Below, in pieces: positions 13,901 to 27,792 of a stretch of DNA of 64,000 nucleotides (position 1 is the stretch's first letter; each line of letters begins with the position of its first letter). Source of the stretch: Octopus bimaculoides (Eukaryota). A program made the position numbers and the translations under genes. The notes under the pieces were generated by a model. It was not told where the DNA came from and ran no database searches. It worked only from the letters and a program-made list of their open reading frames with translations. The stretch spans positions 17,551,128-17,615,127 of the forward strand of contig NC_069008.1 in assembly GCF_001194135.2 (NCBI RefSeq), written 5' to 3'.

Positions 13901-16900
13901 TAATAGACGTAATAGAGGTGTTTGTACTCTTATGTGAAATGTATGCAGAAGCATGTAATGTGATGAAGGCTTGGTAAACTGCAAGCAGGATCTTGTAGGC
14001 AAGATATATGAAATGTACACAAACATATAATGAAGATTATGTGAAATTTAAGCAGGAGTATATAGGTGGGTAACTGAAATATAGGTAAACAGATGGATCA
14101 CACTGAAATATACAAAGATAAACATAGATATAAGGCTTTGTTGAATGAAATCCCATAAAATATATGCAGAAAAATATCACTGTAAAATGTGTAATCTACA
14201 GCCAATAACTGTGAAATATGGATGACAATACACCTTGTAATATGTACAAAGTTACTGTGGAAAGTATACTGATTGAAATCAACAGTGTTATATAAAATAT
14301 GCAGAAAAAGAATGTAATATACAGTAGGTCACTGTGAAATGTATGTAGAAACACTGTAGAACATTGTGAAATGTAGAAACTGAAGAATGATATACAGATG
14401 TGAAATTTATGCAGGCTCATGAAGTGCATTCATACAATGTATCACTGTAGGTTGAAACAAAACTTAGTACACATTGAGGTGCTGTGAAATGTATGCAGAG
14501 ATACAGTGACTATGAAATGTATGTTGAACTAAAGAATGTAATATATAGTGGCTGAGTGCTAAAAACTACACAGAACCATTAAAATATACAATGGATGATT
14601 GTGAAATGTATGCAAAGCCATGAAATATAATACACAACTTATGAATGTGAAATGTTTGCTGTAACATAATTCACTGAACTTTAAATGGGTGAATTATAAA
14701 CGAAAGCCTCCTTTAACAACCAAACTAGGACAGCCAGTGAGGTTGCCCCAATGCTAGAAATAACAGCCAAAATCACCCTCAAATCACACAGATTGTCTCA
14801 TAAAGGACAGACGATATTGCAATAGATCTCTACGAGCAAATAATGATGTCTATGTGGTTTCTAGATTTGCTAGAAGTAGCAGCTAGTTCTTCCTGAAATT
14901 AAAATCTACTGTCATAAAGAGGAAGAGGCCGCACTGGATAAATGTAGTCCAGAATAAAAGATGGGATGGTCAGGGGTGGAACATCTTTGATCATAGGTCT
15001 GCTGGATAAAAGCTGCTCTGGGGGCTAAATTACAACAATGACGAGGAGGAGGGACATACGAGATAATGTACTCCTAGATATGCTATGTCTGAATAATAAA
15101 TGAGACGGTTATGGCTGGAACCCCTTTGATCACAGGTTTGCTGGATCTGGACTGACCTGGGGCTAAGCAACAAGGACACATGAGAACGTACTCCTAGATA
15201 CACTTATGCCTGAGTTAATGACTGTCATTATTAAGCTGGTGTTTGGTGCATAAATTAACATATAATTATGATGGAAGGTTCTAATTTAGATCCCTTTAAA
15301 ATAAGAAGTCTTTATCAGAAAAATGGGTGAAATCTGGCGGATTGGGATCAAAAGGGGTCAACTCTAGGTTAATCTTGGTAAAAATGCTGTTTATTTCTTT
15401 TGTTACTCACTTTTACTCCTTTACTTGTTTCAGTCATTTGACTGTGGCCATGCTGGAGCACCGCCTTTAGTCGAGCAAATCGACCCCAGGACTTATTCTT
15501 TGTAAGCCTGGTACTTATTCTATCGGTCTCTTTTGCCGAACCGTTAAGTTACGGGGACCGAAACACACCAGCATCGGTTGTCAAGCGATGTTGGGGGACA
15601 AACACAGACACACAAACGTATATATATATATATATATATATATNNNNNNNNNNNNNNNNNNNNNNNNNNNNNNNNNNNNNNNNNNNNNNNNNNNNNNNNN
15701 NNNNNNNNNNNNNNNNNNNNNNNNNNNNNNNNNNNNNNNNNNNNNNNNNNNNNNNNNNNNNNNNNNNNNNNNNNNNNNNNNNNNNNNNNNNNNNNNNNNN
15801 NNNNNNNNNNNNNNNNNNNNNNNNNNNNNNNNNNNNNNNNNNNNNNNNNNNNNNNNNNNNNNNNNNNNNNNNNNNNNNNNNNNNNNNNNNNNNNNNNNNN
15901 NNNNNNNNNNNNNNNNNNNNNNNNNNNNNNNNNNNNNNNNNNNNNNNNNNNNNNNNNNNNNNNNNNNNNNNNNNNNNNNNNNNNNNNNNNNNNNNNNNNN
16001 NNNNNNNNNNNNNNNNNNNNNNNNNNNNNNNNNNNNNNNNNNNNNNNNNNNNNNNNNNNNNNNNNNNNNNNNNNNNNNNNNNNNNNNNNNNNNNNNNNNN
16101 NNNNNNNNNNNNNNNNNNNNNNNNNNNNNNNNNNNNNNNNNNNNNNNNNNNNNNNNNNNNNNNNNNNNNNNNNNNNNNNNNNNNNNNNNNNNNNNNNNNN
16201 NNNNNNNNNNNNNNNNNNNNNNNNNNNNNNNNNNNNNNNNNNNNNNNNNNNNNNNNNNNNNNNNNNNNNNNNNNNNNNNNNNNATAACTCTCCAGAATTT
16301 TTTCTTCAGACGTAGAATATCTAAAATAACATTATGCAGGGTGCAGCAAAATAAGGAACCTCAGATTCACCATTCTTGATAAATGTTTCAACAGCAAACG
16401 CATAGCATGTGTCAGTCCGAACTACAATGGTAACTGAAAAACAAAATGGTAAAATATTAGCGACAGGAAGACACCATTTCCACCTGTCTAAGTTAATTAG
16501 TGCCACAAGAATGGCTGTGTAAAAGGTGGGAGGATTTTCTGCCACATCCGATAAATTGTGCTAATCTTTTTTAAGAGGGAAAGTGTGTGATCTGAGAGAG
16601 ATTTGGTAGATACTTCTAGCAGTTTGTAGAATGTTCTAAGGAAAAATATCTGCAGTGAGTATTGCAGAAATGCTAAGGAATGCTTACAGAAATGATGAGG
16701 AATGTGACTGAAGCATTGAAGATTGCCACAAGAATTCCAAGTATTGTAACGAGTGCTGCAAAGAAGGTCACAAGAATGCTACACGAATTGCAAAACATGC
16801 AACAGACACAAGAAAAACGGTAAAGAATGGCAACAGAATTGTAATAAACATCAAAATAATAATAGTAACGCCACAGGAAGGCTAAATGAATGTCAAAAGA

Positions 16901-17686
16901 ATTTTAAGGAATGCTAGATGAGTGCAACGGTGACGGCTATAACAACAATAATGGTGAGAAACAATGACGAGGAGGAGGGAATACGACATTCAATTGTAAT
17001 GAAGGCTAAAAGAAGGCTAAGGAACACAAGAACAGTTCTAGGATTCACAAGACTGCTTAAAGATATCACAATGGTTGCAGGAATAGTCACAGCTATATTA
17101 CAATTGTGACGACTGCTACACAGATAAGGAATGCCACAAAAGAAAAACAAAAATGGTACAAGAATGCTAAGAAATATCACAGAAAACACTTATGAGTGTC
17201 ACAAGAATGCTAAAGGAATGCCACAAGAACAAAAACAGAAAAGAATGGTAAAAAGAAAGTCGTAAGGATGTCAGTTTTGTACTTCACCTTACTACCTACT
17301 TCCACCACCCCTGCCACTCCCTGATTGTGGTTTAAAAAAAAGACCCCCCCCCCCCAGTGGTCCTCAACAGGGGTTCACATGACCCTTAGAGGACCACATA
17401 AGATCTGGTTGTTAAAATTTAGGTCCAATACACAAAATATTTTTTCACAATTTTTAATTAACACAATTCCTCATAATTCCTAATTATAAAGATATAAAGG
17501 GATTAAAAAAAAAAAATTAGGGTCCAATAGAGTAAAATAAGAATCAAAGGGGCCCATAGGTAAAAAGGGGTTGAGACCCTCTGGTATAGACCCCGAAAAG
17601 ATGAATAAAATTTTGACCATGGTGAGGTTTGAACTCAGGACACAAGGGCCTACAACTGAAGTGTTTTAAGTTAGCTTGTCCATCAT

Positions 17687-17718
<32 letters not shown>

Positions 17719-18154
17719 CCTTTCTACTAAAGGCACAAGGCCTGAAATTTGTGGGGAGGGAACTAGTCGATTACATGGACCCCAGTGCTTCACTGGTACT
17801 CAATTTATCGACCCCGTAAAGATGAAGTCGACCTTGGCGGAATTTGAACTCAGAATGTAAAGATGGACAAAATACTGCCAAACATTCTATGCAAACAATT
17901 CTGCCAGCTCACCACCTTAACAATAATCATAATAATAATAGTAATCCTTTCTACTATAGGCACAAGGCCTGACATTTTGGTGGAGGGGACCAGTTGATTA
18001 CATCAACCCCAGTGCATAACTGGTACTTAATTTATCGACCCTGAAAGGAGAAAAGGCAAAGTTGACCCCGACAGAATTTGAACTCAGAATGTAAAGGCCG
18101 GAGAAATGCCACTAAGCGTTTTACCCGGCATGCTAACGATTCTGCCAGCTCACC

Positions 18155-18187
<33 letters not shown>

Positions 18188-19322
18188 CTACAACAAGAAC
18201 AACATGGTAACAACAGCAAATACGAAAACAACAACAGTAATAATAATAACAATAATAATAATAACAACGATAATAATAACGATAATGACGACAACGATGA
18301 TTAAAACAAAAAAGGGTTTTGTTGTTAGAAATATGAAAGGTGACGAACCTAATTTACCATCTGGTGACGGTAATGCACTAGTATCTGTTTTATATTTTTC
18401 TGCAGAAAAGAACACATTGGACATGAGGCGGAGGAATACAAGAGGAAGAGAAAAAATAGTTCTTTGGGAAATCGGGCCAGGATATTAATAATGATGATAA
18501 TAATAATAATAATAATAATAATGATGAAAAGGATGATGATAATAATTATGACAAAGATAATGCTTCTTTCTACGATAGGCAGAAGACCTGATATTTTGGT
18601 GGAGGGACTAGTTGAGTGCAATAACCTCTCGTGCTCAACTAGTACGTATTTCATTGACCCATTGCCAAGAGGGTGAAGGGCAAAGTTGACCTGGGTGGAA
18701 TTTGAACTGAGGACGTAAAGACAGACGAAATGCTGCTAAGCATTTCGTCCAATGTGTTAACGATTCTACCAGTTTGCTGCCAAAATAAGTGGCAGCTACG
18801 AGAGTCAAACATAAAAGGTTATCCCTATTGTCATCAGAGCATTGGGGGTCAACACCACCCAATCTGAAAAAACATCTGTAAACCTTAGAAAAAAAACCTA
18901 CAATCTAGATGTATTGCAAAAGTCGGCATTACTTGGAATTGCACGCATATTGCGTAAAGTACTGTCTGTCTGAGGTCCTTGTTGTGACTTGACAAACAGT
19001 AAAAACCCCTGGTAGACACAATATCTTTAATCAATAACCTCACGGTATTGCATACTGTGCGACATCTATGATAACAACAACAACAATAATAATGGTTTCA
19101 AATTTTGACACAAGGCCAGTAAGTTTAGAGGAAGGGGTTAGTCAATTATATTGCCCCCCCCCCTTCTATGCTCAGCTGGTACTTATTTCATTGAACCCCC
19201 CCCAAAAAAGATGAAAGGCAAAGTCGACCTCAGTGGAATTTGAACTCAGAACGTAAGGATGGACGAAATGCCGCTAAGCAGTTTGCCCAACATGCTAACG
19301 ATTCTGCCGGCTTGCCGCTTTC

Positions 19323-19375
<53 letters not shown>

Positions 19376-21747
19376 GTAACAATAATCACGAGTGACTGAT
19401 GAGATTTTACTGGTGGAAGTTAGAGGGGGGGGGGAGAAAGGCATGAAAAATTGTAGCAAAACAGAAAGGACAATAAAGTGTTCTGTTAGCGCATGTCTAA
19501 ACACAAAGGGTCAATGAAAAAACCCCACAAATTCCAGATCATCAATTCTATCAAAGGCAAGTGTCTCCCCCTAGCCTTGTTCTCTGGTTTCCAGGTCCAT
19601 GTTGAGATTAAGGGCCCATTCAGCCACACCGAAATTTGTCACTCTCATCCATCATTAAGCAAATTTTTAGAATTTGTTGAGGGCACCATCTCCCTCTTCA
19701 AGGGACCAAAGTCCAAGGCCATAAATCTAACAAGAAGGGATCACAGCTGATCATATTTAGAAGGCATGTGGCTTACTGATTTGGGTGTTGCACTCATGAT
19801 TGTAAGATCATGGGTTCAATTTAAGGACTAGGCGGCACATTGTGTTCTTGAGCAAAACACTTCATTTCACGTTGCTCCAGTCGATTCTGCGACAGACTGG
19901 TATCCTGTTCAGAAGTAAGGGCAACAACTATGGCACAGGTCAAGCTCCCTGTGACTGGTGGAGGTTATCCTTAGACTGTAAACCTGGCCTAAAGGCTTGT
20001 AACAGACTAGAGTCTGCTAAATGCAACCCAGGAATATTAACCCTTTTGTCACCCTATTTCTGTTGAGATGCTCTGTGTTTCTTTCAAATAATTTTGAAAA
20101 TAACAAAGAATTTAGTAAAATAACTTTGTTATCATTAAGCTAGTGTTAGGAACATAAATTGTGACTAAGGTTTTGGTGGAAGATTTTAATTCAAAACTTA
20201 TGAAAACAAGACATTTGTACTACAAAGCCAGAAATGGTTTCAGCCAGTTTGGTATGGAAAGGGTTAAACACACTTCTACATTTGGGCAGATGCACATTAG
20301 AAGCAGTTGGAAGGGTGTGGATTGAAGGAAATTTAGGCTATTATTTCTAGCTTATAGAGCGGCCACATTGAGGTCTCCTTCTCTCATGTCTTCTGCTGAT
20401 TATTTTTCTTCTTAAAGGAGACAAGAAATTAAACTTAAATCCTAAGAACAGAAATGCTGGTCCTCATCTAGTTTCTGCCGACCAAAACTTCCTTTAAATT
20501 TTCAGTTGATCTGAAGCTAGAGAAGACACTTGCCTAAGGTGCTGCGCAGTGGGCTTGAACCCGAAACCTCATAGTTATAAAGCAGAGCGAACTTCTTAAC
20601 CACACAGCCATGCCTGCATAATACACTAAACTGAAATCAAAGCATTTGTTNNNNNNNNNNNNNNNNNNNNNNNNNNNNNNNNNNNNNNNNNNNNNNNNNN
20701 NNNNNNNNNNNNNNNNNNNNNNNNNNNNNNNNNNNNNNNNNNNNNNNNNNNNNNNNNNNNNNNNNNNNNNNNNNNNNNNNNNNNNNNNNNNNNNNNNNNN
20801 NNNNNNNNNNNNNNNNNNNNNNNNNNNNTATAAACATAAACCCCAACAACTTTATGTTTAGAAATAATATCATGAAATAAGAAACCAAATCAATTAGTTG
20901 ATAATTTCTAATTTCGGGACAAGGGCCAGCATTTTTGAGGGAAAGGTTTAGCTGAAACCACTGACCCTATTTCTTGACTGGTATCCTGATAGGATTTGAA
21001 CTCAAAACATAAAATGTCAGACACATGTCACAAGGCATTTTCCCAATGCTTTCATATTCTGCCAAACCACTAACTTCAATAATAATAATAATAATAATAA
21101 TGGTTTCATGTTTTGGCACAAGATGAGCAATTTCGGGGAATGAGGTCAGTCAAGTCAATTACATTGACCCCCAAGTATCCAACTGCTACTTATTTTACTG
21201 GACGAAAAAGGGTGAAAGGCAAAGTTGAACTCGGTGGAATTTGAACTAGGAATGGAAAGATGGATGAATTGCCGTTGAGCACTTCATCCAGCGCAGCAAC
21301 AATTCTACCAGCTTGCCAACTTAGTGACGATGACAACAACATCACGGTTTCAAATTTAGTTGGTACTTATTTAACAATCCTGCAGGAATCAAAGGTAAAT
21401 TCGACCATGGCAGAAATATATATATATATCAAAATATATTATGCAAAGTGTTCAGTTATTATATATCCATTACAACCGATCTTACCAATCGGTTTCGCAC
21501 AGGGGCTTCAAAGGGAGTGTTGGGTAACAATCCGATAATGTAACCCTGCACTCATCAGAGGTATCTGATCTGGAATGAAATATGGCGACTACCCTCTCAA
21601 TAGTATTTAAATACTACTGTATTTAAATATACAATATATGAATATAATAAAATACAATTATATGACAATATGTATATAAAATACTACATACATATACATA
21701 TGTATGTATAATACAATTATATATATAAATATACAATACATAAAATG

Positions 21748-21790
<43 letters not shown>

Positions 21791-22170
21791 GGAAAATGAA
21801 AAATAATAATAAGGCAGAATGCTAAACTGGAAGCATATTTTAATAGAGATTTCTCTAACCGGCTTTCATTGTGAAGCAAATTTTCAAGAAGAGGGAGAAT
21901 GAAAATGTTTTTTACAAAGAAGTACAAAATAAAGAAAATAATATATAAAAAAATAAATATACCAATACCTTATATTGTCTTTGAACTTCAAAAGCTCAAA
22001 GACAATATAAGGTATTGGTATATTTATTTTTTTATATATTATTTTCTTTATTTTGTACTTCTTTGTAAAAAACATTTTCATTCTCCNNNNNNNNNNNNNN
22101 NNNNNNNNNNNNNNNNNNNNNNNNNNNNNNNNNNNNNNNNNNNNNNNNNNNNNNNNNNNNNNNNNNNNNN

Positions 22171-22229
<59 letters not shown>

Positions 22230-23798
22230 CATATATACACATGTGTGTGTATATATGTATATATCTATACGTAAATGCATGCAAAAAATATATAACACTG
22301 ACTACGACTGTGCTGCGCTCTACTGGGTAAGGCAGGTGAGTGATAGGTAAGTAGTGGACAGGTGTTCACACATGGTTAGACAAGTAGGTCGATAGGTAGG
22401 CAGGTAAAGAAAAAAAATGTTCACACACTGTTAGCAAAACTCACAGTAACACAGACACACACACATTGGTCAGTGAGGGAACAGGTCAATCGAATCAGTG
22501 GTCCTCAACCAGTTTTTGCATTTGAAACCCTTTATTCAGATGGGTCCTCTTAGCCATTTGATATTTAAAAAAATCCTATTCACCATCATGATCATTTAAC
22601 GTCTGTTTTCCATGCTGGCATGGGTTGGATGGTTTCACTGAAAACTGGTAAGCTGCACCAGGTTCCAATCTGATTATATTTTCATAATTAATTTTTGTAA
22701 TTATATCATATAATTAAATATTATCAGGAATTTCATTAAAGAAATTAAACATATTTTGTGTATTCTAGAAAATACAACCAAATTTTATCAGATTTAAATT
22801 TTAGCAACAAAATTTTATACGGACCCACAATGGTCACATGGGCCCTGGTTGAGAACCACTNNNNNNNNNNNNNNNNNNNNNNNNNNNNNNNNNNNNNNNN
22901 NNNNNNNNNNNNNNNNNNNNNNNNNNNNNNNNNNNNNNNNNNNNNNNNNNNNNNNNNNNNNNNNNNNNNNNNNNNNNNNNNNNNNNNNNNNNNNNNNNNN
23001 NNNNNNNNNNNNNNNNNNNNNNNNNNNNNNNNNNNNNNNNNNNNNNNNNNNNNNNNNNNNNNNNNNNNNNNNNNNNNNNNNNNNNNNNNNNNNNNNNNNN
23101 NNNNNNNNNNNNNNNNNNNNNNNNNNNNNNNNNNNNNNNNNNNNNNNNNNNNNNNNNNNNNNNNNNNNNNNNNNNNNNNNNNNNNNNNNNNNNNNNNNNN
23201 NNNNNNNNNNNNNNNNNNNNNNNNNNNNNNNNNNNNNNNNNNNNNNNNNNNNNNNNNNNNNNNNNNNNNNNNNNNNNNNNNNNNNNNNNNNNNNNNNNNN
23301 NNNNNNNNNNNNNNNNNNNNNNNNNNNNNNNNNNNNNNNNNNNNNNNNNNNNNNNNNNNNNNNNNNNNNNNNNNNNNNNNNNNNNNNNNNNNNNNNNNNN
23401 NNNNNNNNNNNNNNNNNNNNNNNNNNNNNNNNNNNNNNNNNNNNNNNNNNNNNNNNNNNNNNNNNNNNNNNNNNNNNNNNNNNNNNNNNNNNNNNNNNNN
23501 NNNNNNNNNNNNNNNNNNNNNNNNNNNNNCAGCACTATTTTTCAAAAATTTCAATCATTTGATCTTATCAGAGTTGTCTCCATTTCTTCTTTATTTTGTT
23601 TAACCTTTCAGCATTTAAACCGGCCAATATATTCTACTCGTTTTATGTTCAAAACTGGCCAGATCAGGTATCTCATACCTACTCTGCAAGGTCAGCCTAA
23701 AAATAAGCTATCATATCATGAAAATTTCCAGGGGGGGTTACAGACAATGAACAATCACAGTGAATTGAAGATTTGTCTCCTCATTTCATTTGCCAAAA

Positions 23799-23839
<41 letters not shown>

Positions 23840-25253
23840 ATTTGTGGAGGCACATGATTTAGTGGTTAAAGTGTTGCCCTCCTGATCTGAGGTTGTGGTT
23901 TCAATCCCTGGCTCAAGCAATATGTTGAGTTCTTAAATGAAAGATTTCATTTCATGCTGCGCGTGTCCACTTGGCTGAGTAACCAATGGAGCGCCAGTTA
24001 TATATAAGGTGCATGGCTTAGTGGTTAGGGCATTTGGCTCAAGACCATAAGGTGAAGAGTTCAATTTCCCAGTAACATGCTGTGTCCTTGAGCAAGACAC
24101 TTGATTGCATGTTGCTCCTCCTGTCCACTCACCTAAAGGCCAGCCTTTTCACATCGTGTGTCACACAGAATCCCCCTGAGAACTACGTTAAGGGTACAAG
24201 TGTCTGTGGAGTACTCAGCCACTTTCACAAGCAGGCTGTTTCATTGATCAGATCAAGCAAAACACACATCGTTGTAGCTGACAGAGTGTGTGTGTGTGTG
24301 TGTATTTGAAAGTGTATGTGTGTGTGTATTTGGGAACAGAAGAGAAGACATTAGGGAAGGAGTGGGGGAGGGGGTGTTGCTAAAAAAAAGAAAAGAAAAA
24401 AAGAGAACCCTGCTCAGCAGCTCAATTAGTAAAAACAGCCATTAAAAATATATCCAACTAATTAACATTACAATTAGTAATAGTTTTTTTAATCATATTT
24501 TAATCAGTAGTAATTAAGGACAACAACACTTGGCTCAGGTGTTGTTGTATCGGAGTGCAGCGGAGAATGCAATGCAGTCTTATAGCAACAAGGCGGGGAG
24601 GAAAGAGAGTGTTGGGGGGGGGATGGAGGCACAAAAACTAAACAATGCAATTATAGTTGTGTGGTGGTAGCGGTGGTGATGAGGGAAATGATGATGATGA
24701 TGATGATGATGACAGTGGTGATGGTGGTGGTGATGACAGTGACGGCACCGCCACCGCTGGTGACAGTGGCAAAGATGGCAGCGGTTTTGAAGAATACTTA
24801 TGTCTGGCACAAGTCCAGCAATGTGCAGGGGCTGGGATGGGGTGGGGGTTGGGGTGGTTTCCGGGTGACGATAAAAGTGAACCCAGTATTATAACTGGGA
24901 CCTTACGGCGAGTGCATATCTCCGCTGGGACGGGCACTGGGGTGTGTAAACTCAACAGGAATAACTGTTGTATACAAACCTATATATAAAGCAAACCAGT
25001 TTTATTTTATACACTCATGATTGTTTATACATACAATTATGACTGTATACATACATTAGCATACATGGACAGATATTCACACACACACACACACACATAT
25101 ATATATACATACATATCACTGTATATTCATACATATATGATCCACTGTGAACAAACACACACACATACATACATACAATTATAACCAACACATACACATG
25201 TATGCACATATTGTATAAACACAACCTGTGCTGTATTATATATACATGTATGA

Positions 25254-25299
<46 letters not shown>

Positions 25300-25904
25300 N
25301 NNNNNNNNNNNNNNNNNNNNNNNNNNNNNNNNNNNNNNNNNNNNNNNNNNNNNNNNNNNNNNNNNNNNNNNNNNNNNNNNNNNNNNNNNNNNNNNNNNNN
25401 NNNNNNNNNNNNNNNNNNNNNNNNNNNNNNNNNNNCATCTATATTCTAGATAAAATATTTAAATTACAGATATATATATATATATATATGTTAATGTGTA
25501 AATAAAACATTGGACCTTCCTGGGGAATTTCCGATACAAAATAATATTAAAAAAAAAACAAAAATTTTTAAAAAAGATAAAAATTGGGTGCAATTTCTCT
25601 TTACGCCACAAAAGTAAACAAGGTAAAAATAAAAAAATAGACAAAAAAAAACAAAAGAATAATTATGAAGGAACACAGTATGACAAAGTGATAGGATTTG
25701 GTAAACAACAATGGCAAGAATTCCATGATTCTAATACTGGCACAAGGCCACCAGTTTTGAGGGGAGGGGGTTAGTTTATCACACTGAATCCAATGTGTGG
25801 CTGGTGCTATGTTTTATCAACTTTGGCGGGGAGGAACAGTAATGCCAACCTCAATAAATAACGATGTAATATTAACATAAGATATACATACATATATATA
25901 TACA

Positions 25905-25970
<66 letters not shown>

Positions 25971-26992
25971 TATATATATATATATATAAATGGAATGGTG
26001 GTAGCTGTAATATTTATCTCAAAGACCCTTCTCTTAAGACATTTTCTGTGTAAAGCGCGCGCACATACAAATGCTTTGTACTTCAATTTGTCACGTTTTA
26101 ACGAATATGAAGTAAGTTTAGATTATAATCACAAGCATGGTCATGTGGTTAAGAAGTTTAGTTCGCAGCTGTGTGGTTCTGGGTTCATTCCGACTGCATG
26201 GCATATTGCGCATAAAGGTGTTTTAATGCAAAGCGCCCAAATGGTTAAAGGAATTTCATACTGCTACCAAGGACTAAAGTTTAAGGTTTAGGCATCTCTT
26301 CGGTTATAGCTTCAGCTTCACCAATGCTTAATGAGAGGAATTTGGTTGACCGAAATGGTGCAGGTGTCCATCATATCCCATACACACACCGAGCAAAATC
26401 ATAGTTGTGGCAGATACCAGTGTCACACAAATGGCATCTGTGCCGGTGGCACATAAAAAGCAGTCGCTACACTCTCAGAGTGGTTGGCATTAGGAAGGGC
26501 ATCCAGCCGTAGGCTACCATGCCAAATCAGACTAGAGTCTGGCACAGCCTTCCAGCTTGCCAACCCAGTCAAACCATCCAACCCATGCCAGCATCGACAA
26601 TGGACGTTAAATGATGATGATGATGATGATGATGATGGTGGTTATTAATATGATGCTAATGCGTTGTATTAGAATGTTGTCTTGAAGTCTGATGACAAGT
26701 CTCTTCAAATCTCAAGATCCTTGTTTTGGATTCTTACAGAATATAGGATGGGACTTTTCTACCAGTTGACAACATGAGTCTCAACTTCAATGCTACCTTA
26801 AAGGGGTCACCCCTTTAAGGTAGCATTTTGGATGTTGTGTCAAGTGTACCTATTACTACAGACATTGTTCGCCGTCCTCTTATGTTCTCTGGCCGGATCC
26901 TCCTATTTCTCAGTTACTTTGGTATCCACTTATTACGTGTCAGATTGTAAAGTCTATGACTGTATAATTTGCTTCCATCCTTTACAATACCA

Positions 26993-27024
<32 letters not shown>

Positions 27025-27739
27025 ATGTTTTGGGTTAGATATAGCATCCTTGATGTTGATTNNNNNNNNNNNNNNNNNNNNNNNNNNNNNNNNNNNNNNN
27101 NNNNNNNNNNNNNNNNNNNNNNNNNNNNNNNNNNNNNNNNNNNNNNNNNNNNNNNNNNNNNNNNNNNNNNNNNNNNNNNNNNNNNNNNNNNNNNNNNNNN
27201 NNNNNNNNNNNNNNNNNNNNNNNNNNNNNNNNNNNNNNNNNNNNNNNNNNNNNNNNNNNNNNNNNNNNNNNNNNNNNNNNNNNNNNNNNNNNNNNNNNNN
27301 NNNNNNNNNNNNNNNNNNNNNNNNNNNNNNNNNNNNNNNNNNNNNNNNNNNNNNNNNNNNNNNNNNNNNNNNNNNNNNNNNNNNNNNNNNNNNNNNNNNN
27401 NNNNNNNNNNNNNNNNNNNNNNNNNNNNNNNNNNNNNNNNNNNNNNNNNNNNNNNNNNNNNNNNNNNNNNNNNNNNNNNNNNNNNNNNNNNNNNNNNNNN
27501 NNNNNNNNNNNNNNNNNNNNNNNNNNNCAAAAGATTAATTAATTGTAATATTATTATTATTATTATTATTAAGAAATACATCAGATTAAAAAAGAAAATA
27601 AAAATTATAAAACTTCATCATCATCATCATCATATTCATCATCCAAGCTGTGATGCTATTAATAGAATTGTCATCCTTTCAAAGCAGCCAATCAGAGGGG
27701 AGGACATACAGACAGACAAAACAAACAGATGAAAGGAAA

Positions 27740-27792
<53 letters not shown>

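Noticed and set aside
24638-24955. 105-aa Pro/Ser-rich minus ORF overlapping the 58-nt candidate in another frame
   Set aside because: Its length comes from (CAT)n/(CAC)n repeats, and the acceptor needed (ccccag) lacks a pyrimidine tract.
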